Origin: Ignisphaera sp.
GTDB taxonomy: Archaea > Thermoproteota > Thermoprotei_A > Sulfolobales > Ignisphaeraceae
DNA: 64,000 nucleotides
NCBI GenBank assembly: GCA_038821645.1
Contig: JAWBDT010000002.1
Location: 70,368-134,367, forward strand
Direction: 5' to 3'
Both the position numbers and the translations under genes were made by a program. How positions within the stretch are numbered: position 1 is the stretch's first letter; each line of letters starts with the position of its first letter. A model generated the notes under the pieces. It was not told the DNA's origin. It made no database searches and saw nothing but the letters and a program-made list of their open reading frames with translations. Of the stretch, positions 10,836 through 21,130 are shown one piece after another.

Positions 10836-11021
10836 TTATTCACATGAATATGTATAGGGTAGTAAAGCCCTAAAGTGTTTAGATGTTCTAGGGCTTATGA
10901 ATAATCCTATCTTGATTTCCTTACCTCTGTGATTTTTAATTACATATACTTTATTAGGGGCTATCGTAATCACTGTATGGGATGTAGGATCTTTAACTCT
11001 TACTTCATTTCTGCACACCAT
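10836..11021 (-). CDS. Cren7-family chromatin protein paralog (divergent)
   Basis: VRVKDP...APNKVYVIKNHRGKEIKIGLFISPRTSKHFRALLP aligns with the Cren7 pattern (Px[24 protein letters not shown]). Confidence 0.8.
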   Translation of the reverse strand: MVCRNEVRVKDPTSHTVITIAPNKVYVIKNHRGKEIKIGLFISPRTSKHFRALLPYTYSCE

Positions 11022-11183
11022 ACCTTAGCCACCTCTCACAACATGTTAGAGCTGATATAGGCAGATGTCTACAATGCATTTAAGTGTCTAGAAATTTAAG
11101 CTTTATTAAGACACGAACAATAAAATTAACTTTATGTACAAACAAATCAGTGTCAGAATGTTGAAGAGTTATTGTGATCTATT

Positions 11184-11759
11184 ATGAGTATTAGATGCTT
11201 TATAGCTATAGAAATTGAGAATTACGAAGTACTTAAAGAGATTATAAAGGTTAAAGAAGAATTATTGAGAAGAGGTTTAGATATAAAACTAGTTGAAGAT
11301 GAAAATATACATCTAACATTAAGATTTCTGGGCAATATATCACAGAATAGTGTTGAGGTTGTAAAGAAGATACTCTCAAGCTCTAGTCAGATAATTAATA
11401 GATTTGAAATTGAGATTAGAGGTCTAGGAGTGTTTCCATCAATTGGCAATCCTAGAGTGATTTGGGTTGGTGTTGGAAAAGGTGTTGAAGAATTATATCA
11501 GATAAGGAAAATAATTGATCAGGAGATATCGAAGAATAAATTATATGATGTTCATAAAGATGAGCAAGAGTTTCATCCGCACATCACATTAGCACGTGTA
11601 AAAAGTCGTAGAAATATAGAGTCATTTTACGATTTCTATAAGCGCTATAGTGATTATTTGTTTGGAGTATCGTCTGTTACTAAAATTAAATTAAAACAAA
11701 GTATACTCAGACTTCAGGGACCTATATATCACGACATATTTATCGTTAGTCTAAGGTAA
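11184..11759 (+). CDS. thpR: RNA 2',3'-cyclic phosphodiesterase (2'-5' RNA ligase, 2H family)
   Basis: Two HxT motifs (HLTLRFLG, HPHITLARVK), PRVIWVG. Confidence 0.93.
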   Translation: MSIRCFIAIEIENYEVLKEIIKVKEELLRRGLDIKLVEDENIHLTLRFLGNISQNSVEVVKKILSSSSQIINRFEIEIRGLGVFPSIGNPRVIWVGVGKGVEELYQIRKIIDQEISKNKLYDVHKDEQEFHPHITLARVKSRRNIESFYDFYKRYSDYLFGVSSVTKIKLKQSILRLQGPIYHDIFIVSLR

Positions 11760-11768
11760 GATGATATA

Positions 11769-13211
11769 ATGATGTTCGATATGAACAGTATTATTCGCAA
11801 GATTGCTGAAGAGATAAGACCCTCCGAACAAGAGAGAAGGAGGCTTATGGATATATATGAACACGTAAAGTCCACGCTAGAAACTTGTTTATCATTATCT
11901 CTAGATAGAGATGTAGAAGTAACGTTGCAGGGATCTCTGGCTAAGGATACCTTTCTCAGAGGTCAATCAGATATCGATGTGTTTCTGTTGTTCCAGCCAC
12001 GTAGTGATACAGACTACAGATGGTTCAAGGAGGTTCTGGTTCCTGTTGTTATAAACTGTTTCAAAGATTATAGATACACCCTAAATTATGCTTCTCATCC
12101 CTATGTTACGCTGTATGTTGATGATGCAGAGGTGAATATAGTGCCCGCTTTTAGGATTGAGAGTCCCAGCAAGATAATTAGTGCTGTTGATAGAACTCCG
12201 TTTCACACTGAGTACGTTAGAAGCCACCTCTCTATTGAGCAAAGAGATGAAGTAAGGGTTCTGAAGTACTTCCTTAAACAGTGGGGTCTTTATGGAGCTG
12301 AAGCCTCTACTAGAGGTTTTTCGGGTTATCTAGCAGAGCTTCTTGTGATAGCATATGGCACGTTTCTCACCTTGCTGAAGAACTGTACTAGCTGGAGAGC
12401 CTACGAGACATGTATAGATATAGAGAACCAATATAAATCCAAAAGAGAATGTTTAGAGAAATTCAGAAATGATGTATTGGTCGTAGTTGATCCCGTGGAT
12501 CCAGGCAGAAATGCAGCATCTGCTTTATCGGTAAAAAGCTTTGCTTTGTTCAAACTCTTGGCGGGATTATTCATAGAGAGACCGTCACCTATGTTCTTTC
12601 GAATCAACGAAATAGAGATACACAGTAATGTCCCTACAGAAGAGGTGGTTCGTATGCATGTTGAGGAATATGGGAGCTGTCTCTACGGGCTAGAGTTCGA
12701 TATAGTGAAGCCCATCCCAGATGTTGTATGGGGTCAATTGAACAGGCTACGCAAAGCTGTAACAAATACCCTTAGGTCCCAGGGAATAGGTGAAGTGGTG
12801 CGAGCAGACTCGTGGATCGATAGAGCCTTAACGAAGGCCATAACAGTTGTAGAGATAATTTACTGTAACAAGAGATACACATTACACAGAGGTCCTTATG
12901 CATATGATGTACACAATGCTCTGAGGTTTCTGATCAAAAACAAAAGCATAGGGATGGGTCCCTGGATCAACGACGATGGAAGGCTCTATACCTTCAGAAT
13001 GATTGACACAAACATAGTGAAGATAATCATGGATACCATCTTGAGATGTTCTCCAACGAGTCTAAGACTCACAAAAGTCCTGGACCTAGGAAACAGAGAA
13101 ACCCTACAGACAGTAGATCCGGGATTCAAGGAATGGTTAAGAAGTTTTCTAGAAGGAGATCCAATCAAAAAAATTATGAAATTACTTGAAGACTCTTATC
13201 TCGATCCTTGA
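11769..13211 (+). CDS. cca: Archaeal class I CCA-adding tRNA nucleotidyltransferase
   Basis: GSLAKDTFL..SDIDVF, SAVDRTPFH, GFSGYLAELL, DPVDPGRNAASA. Confidence 0.93.
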   Translation: MMFDMNSIIRKIAEEIRPSEQERRRLMDIYEHVKSTLETCLSLSLDRDVEVTLQGSLAKDTFLRGQSDIDVFLLFQPRSDTDYRWFKEVLVPVVINCFKDYRYTLNYASHPYVTLYVDDAEVNIVPAFRIESPSKIISAVDRTPFHTEYVRSHLSIEQRDEVRVLKYFLKQWGLYGAEASTRGFSGYLAELLVIAYGTFLTLLKNCTSWRAYETCIDIENQYKSKRECLEKFRNDVLVVVDPVDPGRNAASALSVKSFALFKLLAGLFIERPSPMFFRINEIEIHSNVPTEEVVRMHVEEYGSCLYGLEFDIVKPIPDVVWGQLNRLRKAVTNTLRSQGIGEVVRADSWIDRALTKAITVVEIIYCNKRYTLHRGPYAYDVHNALRFLIKNKSIGMGPWINDDGRLYTFRMIDTNIVKIIMDTILRCSPTSLRLTKVLDLGNRETLQTVDPGFKEWLRSFLEGDPIKKIMKLLEDSYLDP

Positions 13212-13373
13212 TACATCGATCTCCTTTTCCAGAATTTTACCACAGCTAGGACATGTACTAGATATTCGTACAATGAGCTCTGAAGGCGAAGGAACTCCAT
13301 AGTAATCCTGTCCAGCTCTCAAAAAGGTGTAGATAATTGTACCACATTTTGCGCATTTATAAATCACAGGCAT
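13182..13373 (-). CDS. Small zinc-ribbon protein (63 aa)
   Basis: MPVIYKCAKCG...CPSCGK (two CxxC); ATG at 13373 preceded by GGTGGG; overlaps the cca 3' end. Confidence 0.8.
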   Translation of the reverse strand: MPVIYKCAKCGTIIYTFLRAGQDYYGVPSPSELIVRISSTCPSCGKILEKEIDVSRIEIRVFK

Positions 13374-13629
13374 GAAAGACCCCACCAAAACTTCTCTTGA
13401 AAAGATTAAGAAGAGTTTGATATTTATACCTGGATTCAAGTAATACTTAGATAATACCCAGATCAAGTTATGAGTAAAACACTTCATTCAGGTTTTGAAA
13501 ACAAATTGACGGTGAGACCCAGGGTATACTAATTACTATACTATTTGTCAAAGAAGTAATGGTATTTAGTAATATCGTTATAGAGTAATACTATTTGTAG
13601 TATTGGAACAATATCTAAGGGTAGATTAG

Positions 13630-13720
<91 letters not shown>

Positions 13721-13795
13721 ACACAGATTGATCTAAAGTTAGTCACCAAAAAAATTGGGATATTAATTTTTATTATGTTGAAATTATGTGGTTAG

Positions 13796-14062
13796 TTATA
13801 TCTTTATGATCTTTATTTCAGTAGCTGAAGAGCATTTTTCCATTTCTTTTTTCCATAAAATTGAAGGAGTCCACATAATCCATGCCGGCACCTTCTTTAT
13901 GAATTCATAGGCTTCACTCCAATCATCTAATCCAAGTTCTTCTGCTAATTTTTCTAAGCTTGTTTCTGTTCGTACATAGGTATTTAGTATTTTAACAACT
14001 TTTTCATCTAAATCTATTTCCTTATCACCAACTTTTACTACATACTTGTGGCATATACTCAT
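13796..14062 (-). CDS. Small hypothetical protein, HTH-like
   Basis: SLEKLAEELGLDDWSEAYEFIKKVPAWIMW; GGTG RBS upstream. Confidence 0.75.
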   Translation of the reverse strand: MSICHKYVVKVGDKEIDLDEKVVKILNTYVRTETSLEKLAEELGLDDWSEAYEFIKKVPAWIMWTPSILWKKEMEKCSSATEIKIIKI

Positions 14063-14178
14063 TTATTGTACACCACTACTTTTTGAAATACATTATGTTG
14101 TAACTTAAAATACAATTCTAACCAATATATGTATAAGCCTTAGAGAAACATTAAAAATGTTCTTGATCATATGCAAGA

Positions 14179-16260
14179 TCATAAAGTAAGTGCGTAACAT
14201 TCTTCCCTAGCTTTATAAATTATACCTTCTCGGCGCATTCTACTTAAAGTCTCTTCAACAAGTCTTTCATCAATATTTCTCTCTCTAGCTTTTACAACTA
14301 TATCACGCATCTTGGCACAACCTTCTGATTTTGATAAATCTCTTATTATCTCCTCTATAATCAACATTCTCTCTCTTTGAGATTTAGGTTGCCCAGTCAT
14401 TATCACATCTATATCTACTTCTCCTCTTTCTACATCAATTCCAACACTTTCAAGCATACTCTTCATAAGTCTTATAGCTTCAGCAGCATCTTCTTCTGTT
14501 ACCTCATGTTTTAGAGCCATTTTAGCATGTGCTTCAGCTAATCGTATTAATGCTTCAAGTTGTCTAGCTGTTATAGCTATAGGTGATTCTGGTACCTCTA
14601 AACTCTTTTTTCTCATTTCGACAAAGAAGTTTTCTATAATTCTTCTAGCTTCTTCTGTTAATTCGGGCCTCACATATTTTCTTGCATAAGCTATGTACTT
14701 CCTTAATAGTTCTATATCTATTAGTGGTTTTATTTCTTCGTATTCGCTATGTGTAATAGTTATATGTCTTGCGAGTTTTAAATCTCTATTTGTGGTTGGT
14801 ATATCCTTAATAACGAATATCAAGTCAAATCTTGAGAGTATTGTTGGAGGTAGATTGACGTTGTCTGATATCGATCTATTCGGTAGATATCTACCATACC
14901 GTGGGTTGCCTGCGGCCAATACAGAAGTACGAGAATTTAATCTGGCTACAATACCCGCCTTAGCTATAGATATTGTTTGTTGTTCCATTGCTTCATGTAT
15001 TGCAACCCTATCTTCTTCTCTCATTTTATCTATTTCATCAATACATGCTACACCACCATCAGCTAATACTAAGGCACCTGCTTCAAGATAAAACTCTCCC
15101 GTCTGTTTATCTCTAATAACTGCTGCTGTAAGTCCTGCAGCTGTAGCACCTTTACCTGTTGTATATATTGCTCTTGGAGCAATACGTGCAACATATTGAA
15201 GTAATTGAGATTTTGCTGTACCAGGATCACCTATTATCAGGACATGTATATCGCCTCTAATTCGTGTACCATCTTTCAACTGTTTTAGATTACCACCAAA
15301 CAACATTAACGCTATAGCCTCCTTAATATCCCACATACCGTATATAGCTGGAGCTATAGATGCTATAATTTTTCTTCTGATTAATGGATCACGTGCTAAA
15401 TATAGAATTCTTTCTTCATCCTCCTTTGTTATCTCTATTTCCTCTAACATTCTCTGAGATACTATTATATTGTTGGCATCTATGAACATAGTGTAGATAC
15501 TTCTTGTTTTCTTGCTTTCTGGAGTCCTTATTTTTGGTATACCAACAACTGTTACTCTATCGCCAGGTCGTGCTACATCAACAAGATCATCATATACATC
15601 AACTTCAATGGATCTAGGCATTCTACCTGCAGGCATCTCTTCTGGACGTTCTTGAATAACAAGACGTTGAAAATCTCTATATTGTGACTTCTCTACAATT
15701 AATCTCCAACTACCACCGGTTTTTCTGCAATATGGACATTGTATTGGTTTTTCAATTATTTCTCCAACAACTTGTTCCACAACTTCATTGCCACATTCGT
15801 GTCTAAATACGGCTTTCACTATCTTCTCAATCGGTGGTGTAGCTCTAACTACAATACCTTCAATAGCTATCAGTTTTCCTATATGTATGCTTCGAAGATC
15901 TCTTATCTTCACTATTAGTGATGAAGGTATATCTACAAGTCTGGGCACTATATGAGGTATTTTATCTAAATATTCTGGTATTTCTAATTCAATTATTTTT
16001 CTAAAGGTCTCACTAAATTTGTTTAGTGCTTGTTCAGGATTTCTGGAAATATAATCTGCAAGTTCTGTAGAGAAACTAAGTATATCAGTAAAGCTCAGTT
16101 CAATACTAGATTTGTTTTCCACTAAGACTCTCTTTAGAGAATTAACATATTTAGCTTTTCCATCACTATCTTTATAATACTTAATGAATTCTTCGATCAT
16201 AGATAGATAATCGATAATGTGTGAAGAAATAGTTTTATCTAATTCCTCCATAACTTTCAC
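14179..16260 (-). CDS. mcm: MCM replicative helicase
   Basis: GDPGTAKSQLL Walker A, IDEIDKM, SRFDL Arg finger, HECG..CPYC Zn finger. Confidence 0.97.
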   Translation of the reverse strand: MKVMEELDKTISSHIIDYLSMIEEFIKYYKDSDGKAKYVNSLKRVLVENKSSIELSFTDILSFSTELADYISRNPEQALNKFSETFRKIIELEIPEYLDKIPHIVPRLVDIPSSLIVKIRDLRSIHIGKLIAIEGIVVRATPPIEKIVKAVFRHECGNEVVEQVVGEIIEKPIQCPYCRKTGGSWRLIVEKSQYRDFQRLVIQERPEEMPAGRMPRSIEVDVYDDLVDVARPGDRVTVVGIPKIRTPESKKTRSIYTMFIDANNIIVSQRMLEEIEITKEDEERILYLARDPLIRRKIIASIAPAIYGMWDIKEAIALMLFGGNLKQLKDGTRIRGDIHVLIIGDPGTAKSQLLQYVARIAPRAIYTTGKGATAAGLTAAVIRDKQTGEFYLEAGALVLADGGVACIDEIDKMREEDRVAIHEAMEQQTISIAKAGIVARLNSRTSVLAAGNPRYGRYLPNRSISDNVNLPPTILSRFDLIFVIKDIPTTNRDLKLARHITITHSEYEEIKPLIDIELLRKYIAYARKYVRPELTEEARRIIENFFVEMRKKSLEVPESPIAITARQLEALIRLAEAHAKMALKHEVTEEDAAEAIRLMKSMLESVGIDVERGEVDIDVIMTGQPKSQRERMLIIEEIIRDLSKSEGCAKMRDIVVKARERNIDERLVEETLSRMRREGIIYKAREECYALTL

Positions 16261-16790
16261 CTATCGTTAAGTTCTACAAATTCTTTAATCCATTGATTAT
16301 AGTTGTTTTGTATGATATTTATAAGTATCTTCTCCTCTATGGTGCAGTTTTTTTCAATAATATCTATTCCACCTAATTGTAATGCTCTAAGTATTCCTGA
16401 GAGTCTTACGCTAGCTATATCAGTAAAGTCTTCACGCATCTTTTCTGTAGTTCTTAGCGTAACTATGTCGCCTTCTGTTTTTGCCTTAACCATAAACATT
16501 TTTATGCTTTCCTTAGCCTTCATATAGAAAAAATCGTCTATTTTTAATAATGAACCTTTTTGTTGCATATGCGAGAATCTAATTCTTGCCAAATCTTGTT
16601 GTGATATTATACCTTCAGTTATTTCGGCTAGTCCATTGTTTTCTAAGATCTTTGCTAACGCTCTTGGAAGTGGCACTTGAGATCCTTTTTGTAATGAACT
16701 ATCAATTAAAGGAATTTTTTTACAGCTCTTTAAGATTGTAGTTTTTACTGGTTGTAATTCATACATTAACTTCAACAATCTTAGTATCAT
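16257..16790 (-). CDS. gins23: GINS subunit (Gins23)
   Basis: Overlaps the mcm start; VPLPRALAKIL..G and KIDDFFY motifs; conserved crenarchaeal gins23-mcm operon. Confidence 0.8.
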   Translation of the reverse strand: MILRLLKLMYELQPVKTTILKSCKKIPLIDSSLQKGSQVPLPRALAKILENNGLAEITEGIISQQDLARIRFSHMQQKGSLLKIDDFFYMKAKESIKMFMVKAKTEGDIVTLRTTEKMREDFTDIASVRLSGILRALQLGGIDIIEKNCTIEEKILINIIQNNYNQWIKEFVELNDR

Positions 16791-16975
16791 TTTGCTGTCT
16801 CCTTCTCACAGTAAGGTTTGTAAGCTTTGACAGTTTAAATATGGTTAGCTATCTCATACACAAGTTAACTTGATGAAATATCTGAAGCTTTTAATGTTTT
16901 TATATTTAAATCTAAAAACTACTACTTTTTTGAAGCAGTCAAGAATAATATAGTGTAGTAGGTGAGGGAAAACAA

Positions 16976-17962
16976 ATGAGTCAAAAAACATTAGAAGAAC
17001 TTTTATGGGTTGAGAAATATAGACCTAGATCATTAAGAGATATAGTAAACCAAGAAGAAGTTGTCAGAAGGTTACTGAAGTTTGTTGAAGAAAGAAATAT
17101 GCCGCATCTCCTTTTTGCTGGTCCTCCAGGAACAGGAAAAACTACAGCGGCATTGGCGTTAGCTCATGATTTATATGGTGAAGAATGGCGAAAATATGTG
17201 TTAGAACTAAACGCAAGTGACGAAAGAGGGATTACTGTAATAAGAAGTAAAGTAAAAGAATTTGCGCGAAGCAAGCTTCCTGGAGAAATTCCATTCAAAA
17301 TAGTTATACTTGATGAAGCTGATAACATGACTGCTGATGCACAACAAGCCTTGAGGAGGATTATGGAAATGTATGTCGAAACAACGAGATTTATACTCAT
17401 AGCAAACTATCCAACCAAGATAATAGATCCAATACAGTCTCGATGTGCCTCCTTCAGATTTCTGCCGTTAAAGAAGGAAGACGTAGTATATAGACTTAAA
17501 TGGATATGTAGCAAAGAAAATGTTTCATGTAGAGATGATGGTCTTGAGGTTATATATGAGGTTAGTGAAGGTGATATGAGAAAGGCAATAAATATTCTAC
17601 AAGGTGCAGCCGCCTTAGGCGAGGTAACAGTATCATCGGTATACAAGGTTGTTGGACTAGCGCATCCTAAGGAGATAAGGGATATCATAAACTTAGCTTT
17701 GTCTGGTAAATTTATAGAGGCTAGAGATAAACTTAGGAATTTAATGATAGTTTACGGATTAAGTGGTAATGATGTTTTAAGACAGATTCACCGGGAGATA
17801 TTTTCGGCTGATCTAAAGATACCAGAAGATGTAAGGGTAACATTGGCAGATCTTATCGGTGAAATACATTTTAGAGTAATAGAAGGTTCTGATGAAGAAA
17901 TACAGTTAACAGCACTTCTAGCTAGGATGGCACTCTTAAGTCAAAGAATAGGAATAAGGTAG
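16976..17962 (+). CDS. rfcS: Replication factor C small subunit
   Basis: WVEKYRP, GPPGTGKT, ELNASDERG, IQSRC. Confidence 0.96.
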   Translation: MSQKTLEELLWVEKYRPRSLRDIVNQEEVVRRLLKFVEERNMPHLLFAGPPGTGKTTAALALAHDLYGEEWRKYVLELNASDERGITVIRSKVKEFARSKLPGEIPFKIVILDEADNMTADAQQALRRIMEMYVETTRFILIANYPTKIIDPIQSRCASFRFLPLKKEDVVYRLKWICSKENVSCRDDGLEVIYEVSEGDMRKAINILQGAAALGEVTVSSVYKVVGLAHPKEIRDIINLALSGKFIEARDKLRNLMIVYGLSGNDVLRQIHREIFSADLKIPEDVRVTLADLIGEIHFRVIEGSDEEIQLTALLARMALLSQRIGIR

Positions 17963-17977
17963 GTGTAGGTACGGAGT

Positions 17978-19369
17978 ATGAATAGAAAGTTACCTTGGAC
18001 CATAAAGTATAGACCTAAAAGCATTAATGACGTAATTGATCAGGATGAAGCTAAGAAAAAAATCTTGGACTGGATAAAGAAATGGCCTAATGTAGATAAA
18101 AAAGCTCTTTTATTATATGGTCCTCCAGGTGTTGGAAAAACATCGCTTATAGAAGCTATAGCAAACGATCTAGGATACGAATTAGTTGAGTTAAATGCTA
18201 GTGATAATAGAAGAAAAACCGATATAGAAAGGATAGCTATAAGAACATCCTTGTCAAAGTCGCTAAAAGGATACAAAAATAAGCTAGTGTTATTAGACGA
18301 AGTAGACGGTATAGCTGTAAAAGATGATGTGGGGGGTCTTGAAGCAGTAAAGGTTCTTATAGAATCTTCATCTATTCCTGTAATAATGATAGCTAATAAT
18401 CCTTGGGATCCAAAATTAAGAGAACTAAGAGAACTCTGTGAAATGGTTCAATTCAAAAAGCTATCAAAAACTGATATGAAAAAATTTCTGCAAAAGATAT
18501 GTGTAAATGAAGGTCTTGAATGTGAAGAAGAGGCTCTAGATTATATAGTGGAGAGATCTGAAGGTGACATGCGTGCAGCAATAAATGATTTACAAGCGGT
18601 AGGCGAGGGCCAAAACAGAATAACTATTGATATGGTTAAGTTACTGCTTAGACCACGTGATAAAGAACGAGATCCTTTTGAAACATTACGTATGATATTT
18701 TCTGCAAATTTTTCGTGGCAGGCCAAAATGGCATTAAATCAATCACAACTTGATTATGAACAACTTAAATTATGGCTTGAAGAAAATATACCCTATCAGT
18801 ATCAGAATGCAAATGATCTTTCAAGAGCATATGAAGCTCTAAGTAGAGCTGATGTATATATGGGAAGAATTATCAGAACAGGTGACTGGGATTTACTTTC
18901 ATATGCTATAGACTTAATGACGGCTGGTGTAGCTTTTTCTGCTAAGAATAATCCTAAAGACAAATACAAATGGACTAAATACTCATTTCCACAAAGGATT
19001 ACACTTCTATCTAAATTAAAGGAGGTTCGTGAGATACTTGACGATTTAGCTAAAATTATAGCCACAAGGTTACACATATCAACATCAACAGCAAAAAATG
19101 AGGTAATACCATTTTTGAGATCAATATTCGCTTCTAACACTTTATTGGCAGCAAAAATAGCATATAGTATGGGATTTTCAGAAAAAATCATAGAGTTTCT
19201 AGCAGGACCTAATAAACAACAAGTATTGGAGTACTATCGTCAAATCAAGAAGAGAATAGAGAACGAATCATTGAGCGAATTAAATAATAAGAAGCAGAGA
19301 ACTGCTGAAGAAAAAACAAAAAAGTTAGAAAAAACTTCAAGGGATCTTCTATCCTTTACAAAGAAATAG
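17978..19369 (+). CDS. rfcL: Replication factor C large subunit
   Basis: PWTIKYRP, GPPGVGKT, LLDEVDG, C-terminal PIP-like DLLSF. Confidence 0.95.
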   Translation: MNRKLPWTIKYRPKSINDVIDQDEAKKKILDWIKKWPNVDKKALLLYGPPGVGKTSLIEAIANDLGYELVELNASDNRRKTDIERIAIRTSLSKSLKGYKNKLVLLDEVDGIAVKDDVGGLEAVKVLIESSSIPVIMIANNPWDPKLRELRELCEMVQFKKLSKTDMKKFLQKICVNEGLECEEEALDYIVERSEGDMRAAINDLQAVGEGQNRITIDMVKLLLRPRDKERDPFETLRMIFSANFSWQAKMALNQSQLDYEQLKLWLEENIPYQYQNANDLSRAYEALSRADVYMGRIIRTGDWDLLSYAIDLMTAGVAFSAKNNPKDKYKWTKYSFPQRITLLSKLKEVREILDDLAKIIATRLHISTSTAKNEVIPFLRSIFASNTLLAAKIAYSMGFSEKIIEFLAGPNKQQVLEYYRQIKKRIENESLSELNNKKQRTAEEKTKKLEKTSRDLLSFTKK

Positions 19370-19679
19370 TGGAAAGCTCATTAAGACTTTTTATAATGTT
19401 GATCATAAGCTTTGTCATATTGTTATCTGCTAACTTTATTAGCCTTAGTTTTCCTATTTTTATTTCTTCAATAAGTTGAAGTTTCTTCATATGATCTATA
19501 CATTTAGATATGGTGATATAGTTACTGTTTAATTTAGATATTAGTGCTGTAATGTTAAGTGTGTTGTTTTCTGATTCTATGAGCACGGATAATACACTCC
19601 ATATACAGGGTTTTCCAACAATTGAAACTTTATTTTTCAACATATTATAATGGGTTAATTCATTAATAAACATCTTCAT
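19356..19679 (-). CDS. Winged-helix DNA-binding protein
   Basis: LNITALISKLNSNYITISKCIDHMKKLQLIEEIKIGKLRLIKL; lies between cdc6 and rfcL. Confidence 0.7.
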   Translation of the reverse strand: MKMFINELTHYNMLKNKVSIVGKPCIWSVLSVLIESENNTLNITALISKLNSNYITISKCIDHMKKLQLIEEIKIGKLRLIKLADNNMTKLMINIIKSLNELSTISL

Positions 19680-19731
19680 TTGTTTACCCCATTACTAGTG
19701 CAGAAATTTTTAAAAGGAAGGAGTACTGTGA

Positions 19732-20967
19732 TCAAGAGGCATCTACAAGTTCTTTCTTTGCATTGATGACTTCATCAACTTTCATTTCAAGTTCATTTAA
19801 TGGAACAGTTATTGATATTAGCGTTGTTCGTCCTCTGAATCCCTTGCCAGAAACTTTAGCTTCAATTATTCCCATATGTTTAAGAGTGTTAACATATTCA
19901 TAAACTTGGGTATGTCTGCGAGGTTTAATACCAAATAATTGACATATGTAGTTATATTCGTCTTCAACCTCACCAATTTTAACAAAGACTGTTTTTTTCT
20001 TCTTTAGGCTCCTTATGATTGCTTTTAATAATAAAAGCTCATGAAGTTGTAGAAAGTTTATATCGTCTGATATGCGTATAACTTCCGAATGAACGACTCC
20101 TAAAGCTTTTCTTACGTGTTCTATGGTAACTTTTTGAACACCTTCATGATCAGCTGCTTGTCCTGCTAATAATAGTGTTTCAAGAGCAGATCTCGCATTA
20201 CCTTCACCACCTTTATCAACACCCTTGCTATCAGCTATAAATTTCAATAATTCATCGTCTACTGTTCCTTCATAGAACGCTAAATCTCTTCTGTAACTTA
20301 GTATATCAAAAAGTTCATCAGAAGTGTAGGGATCCAACTTAACCATGTGTCTCAGTATATAACTTTCTGTTGTAGGATCTAGCATACTTAATGACGATAT
20401 GTTTCGTGAAATGAATATGTAATTTATCCTCTTTTTGGTATCGGAATATTCATCATATACCCTTATTAAAAAATACACAGCATCATTACCCTCTGTTGAA
20501 ATAAAGTAATCAAATTCATCTAAGGCAACGAGAAGATAGATATCATGCTTCTCCACGTAATTTAGAAGTGCCAACATCATTTCTCTTGGTGATAGACCTC
20601 TTATTGGTATTGGTGCACCTATTTGTCTAATTATTTCAGAAACTACTTCATATAAGGTTCTATCTCTATGACAATTAATATGAACATAACGTAAGTCGAA
20701 TCCTTTCTCTGACGCAAATTTTCTTATTTCTCTACCAAAAACTTTTGCTGTAGCTGTTTTACCTACACCTACTCCTCCTACTATCATTGCCCTTATGAAT
20801 ACACTTCCAGGAGATAACATCATAGGTTTAAAAATCTCAGCAAGTTGTCTTAGTTGGATTTCTCTACGGGGCAGATTTTCAGGAATGTATTCAGGGTATA
20901 GAGTTTCTATATTCTTAAAGACGCTAATTTTTTTGAAAACACTTGCTATAACATCATTACTATTCAT
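19732..20967 (-). CDS. cdc6: Orc1/Cdc6 family protein, probably the Orc1-2 (Cdc6-2) type
   Basis: YIPENLPRRE, GGVGVGKT, LDEFD, C-terminal wHTH GFRGRTT; clustering with rfc, gins and mcm as for Sulfolobus cdc6-2. Confidence 0.92.
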   Translation of the reverse strand: MNSNDVIASVFKKISVFKNIETLYPEYIPENLPRREIQLRQLAEIFKPMMLSPGSVFIRAMIVGGVGVGKTATAKVFGREIRKFASEKGFDLRYVHINCHRDRTLYEVVSEIIRQIGAPIPIRGLSPREMMLALLNYVEKHDIYLLVALDEFDYFISTEGNDAVYFLIRVYDEYSDTKKRINYIFISRNISSLSMLDPTTESYILRHMVKLDPYTSDELFDILSYRRDLAFYEGTVDDELLKFIADSKGVDKGGEGNARSALETLLLAGQAADHEGVQKVTIEHVRKALGVVHSEVIRISDDINFLQLHELLLLKAIIRSLKKKKTVFVKIGEVEDEYNYICQLFGIKPRRHTQVYEYVNTLKHMGIIEAKVSGKGFRGRTTLISITVPLNELEMKVDEVINAKKELVDAS

Positions 20968-21012
20968 ATACCTATACCCACTATTCTAAGCATACTAAAC
21001 TTTGCTAACCTA

Positions 21013-21045
21013 GCTAAAAACGTTACGAACCTGACCGAAACTTTC
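21013..21045 (-). promoter_or_regulatory. Putative cdc6 promoter: AGTTTC (ANTTTC) element 16 nt upstream of a TTTTTAGC TATA-like box
   Basis: Minus strand gAAAGTTTC-ggtcaggttcgtaacg-TTTTTAGC, about 45 nt upstream of the cdc6 ATG. Confidence 0.45.
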
Positions 21046-21130
21046 GACTCTCTTGTTGAATTAGTTTAAAATGCTAGTCCTTTGTGTAACAAAAGTTTAT
21101 AAATAGCTAAATTAAAGTATTAATCTTAAG

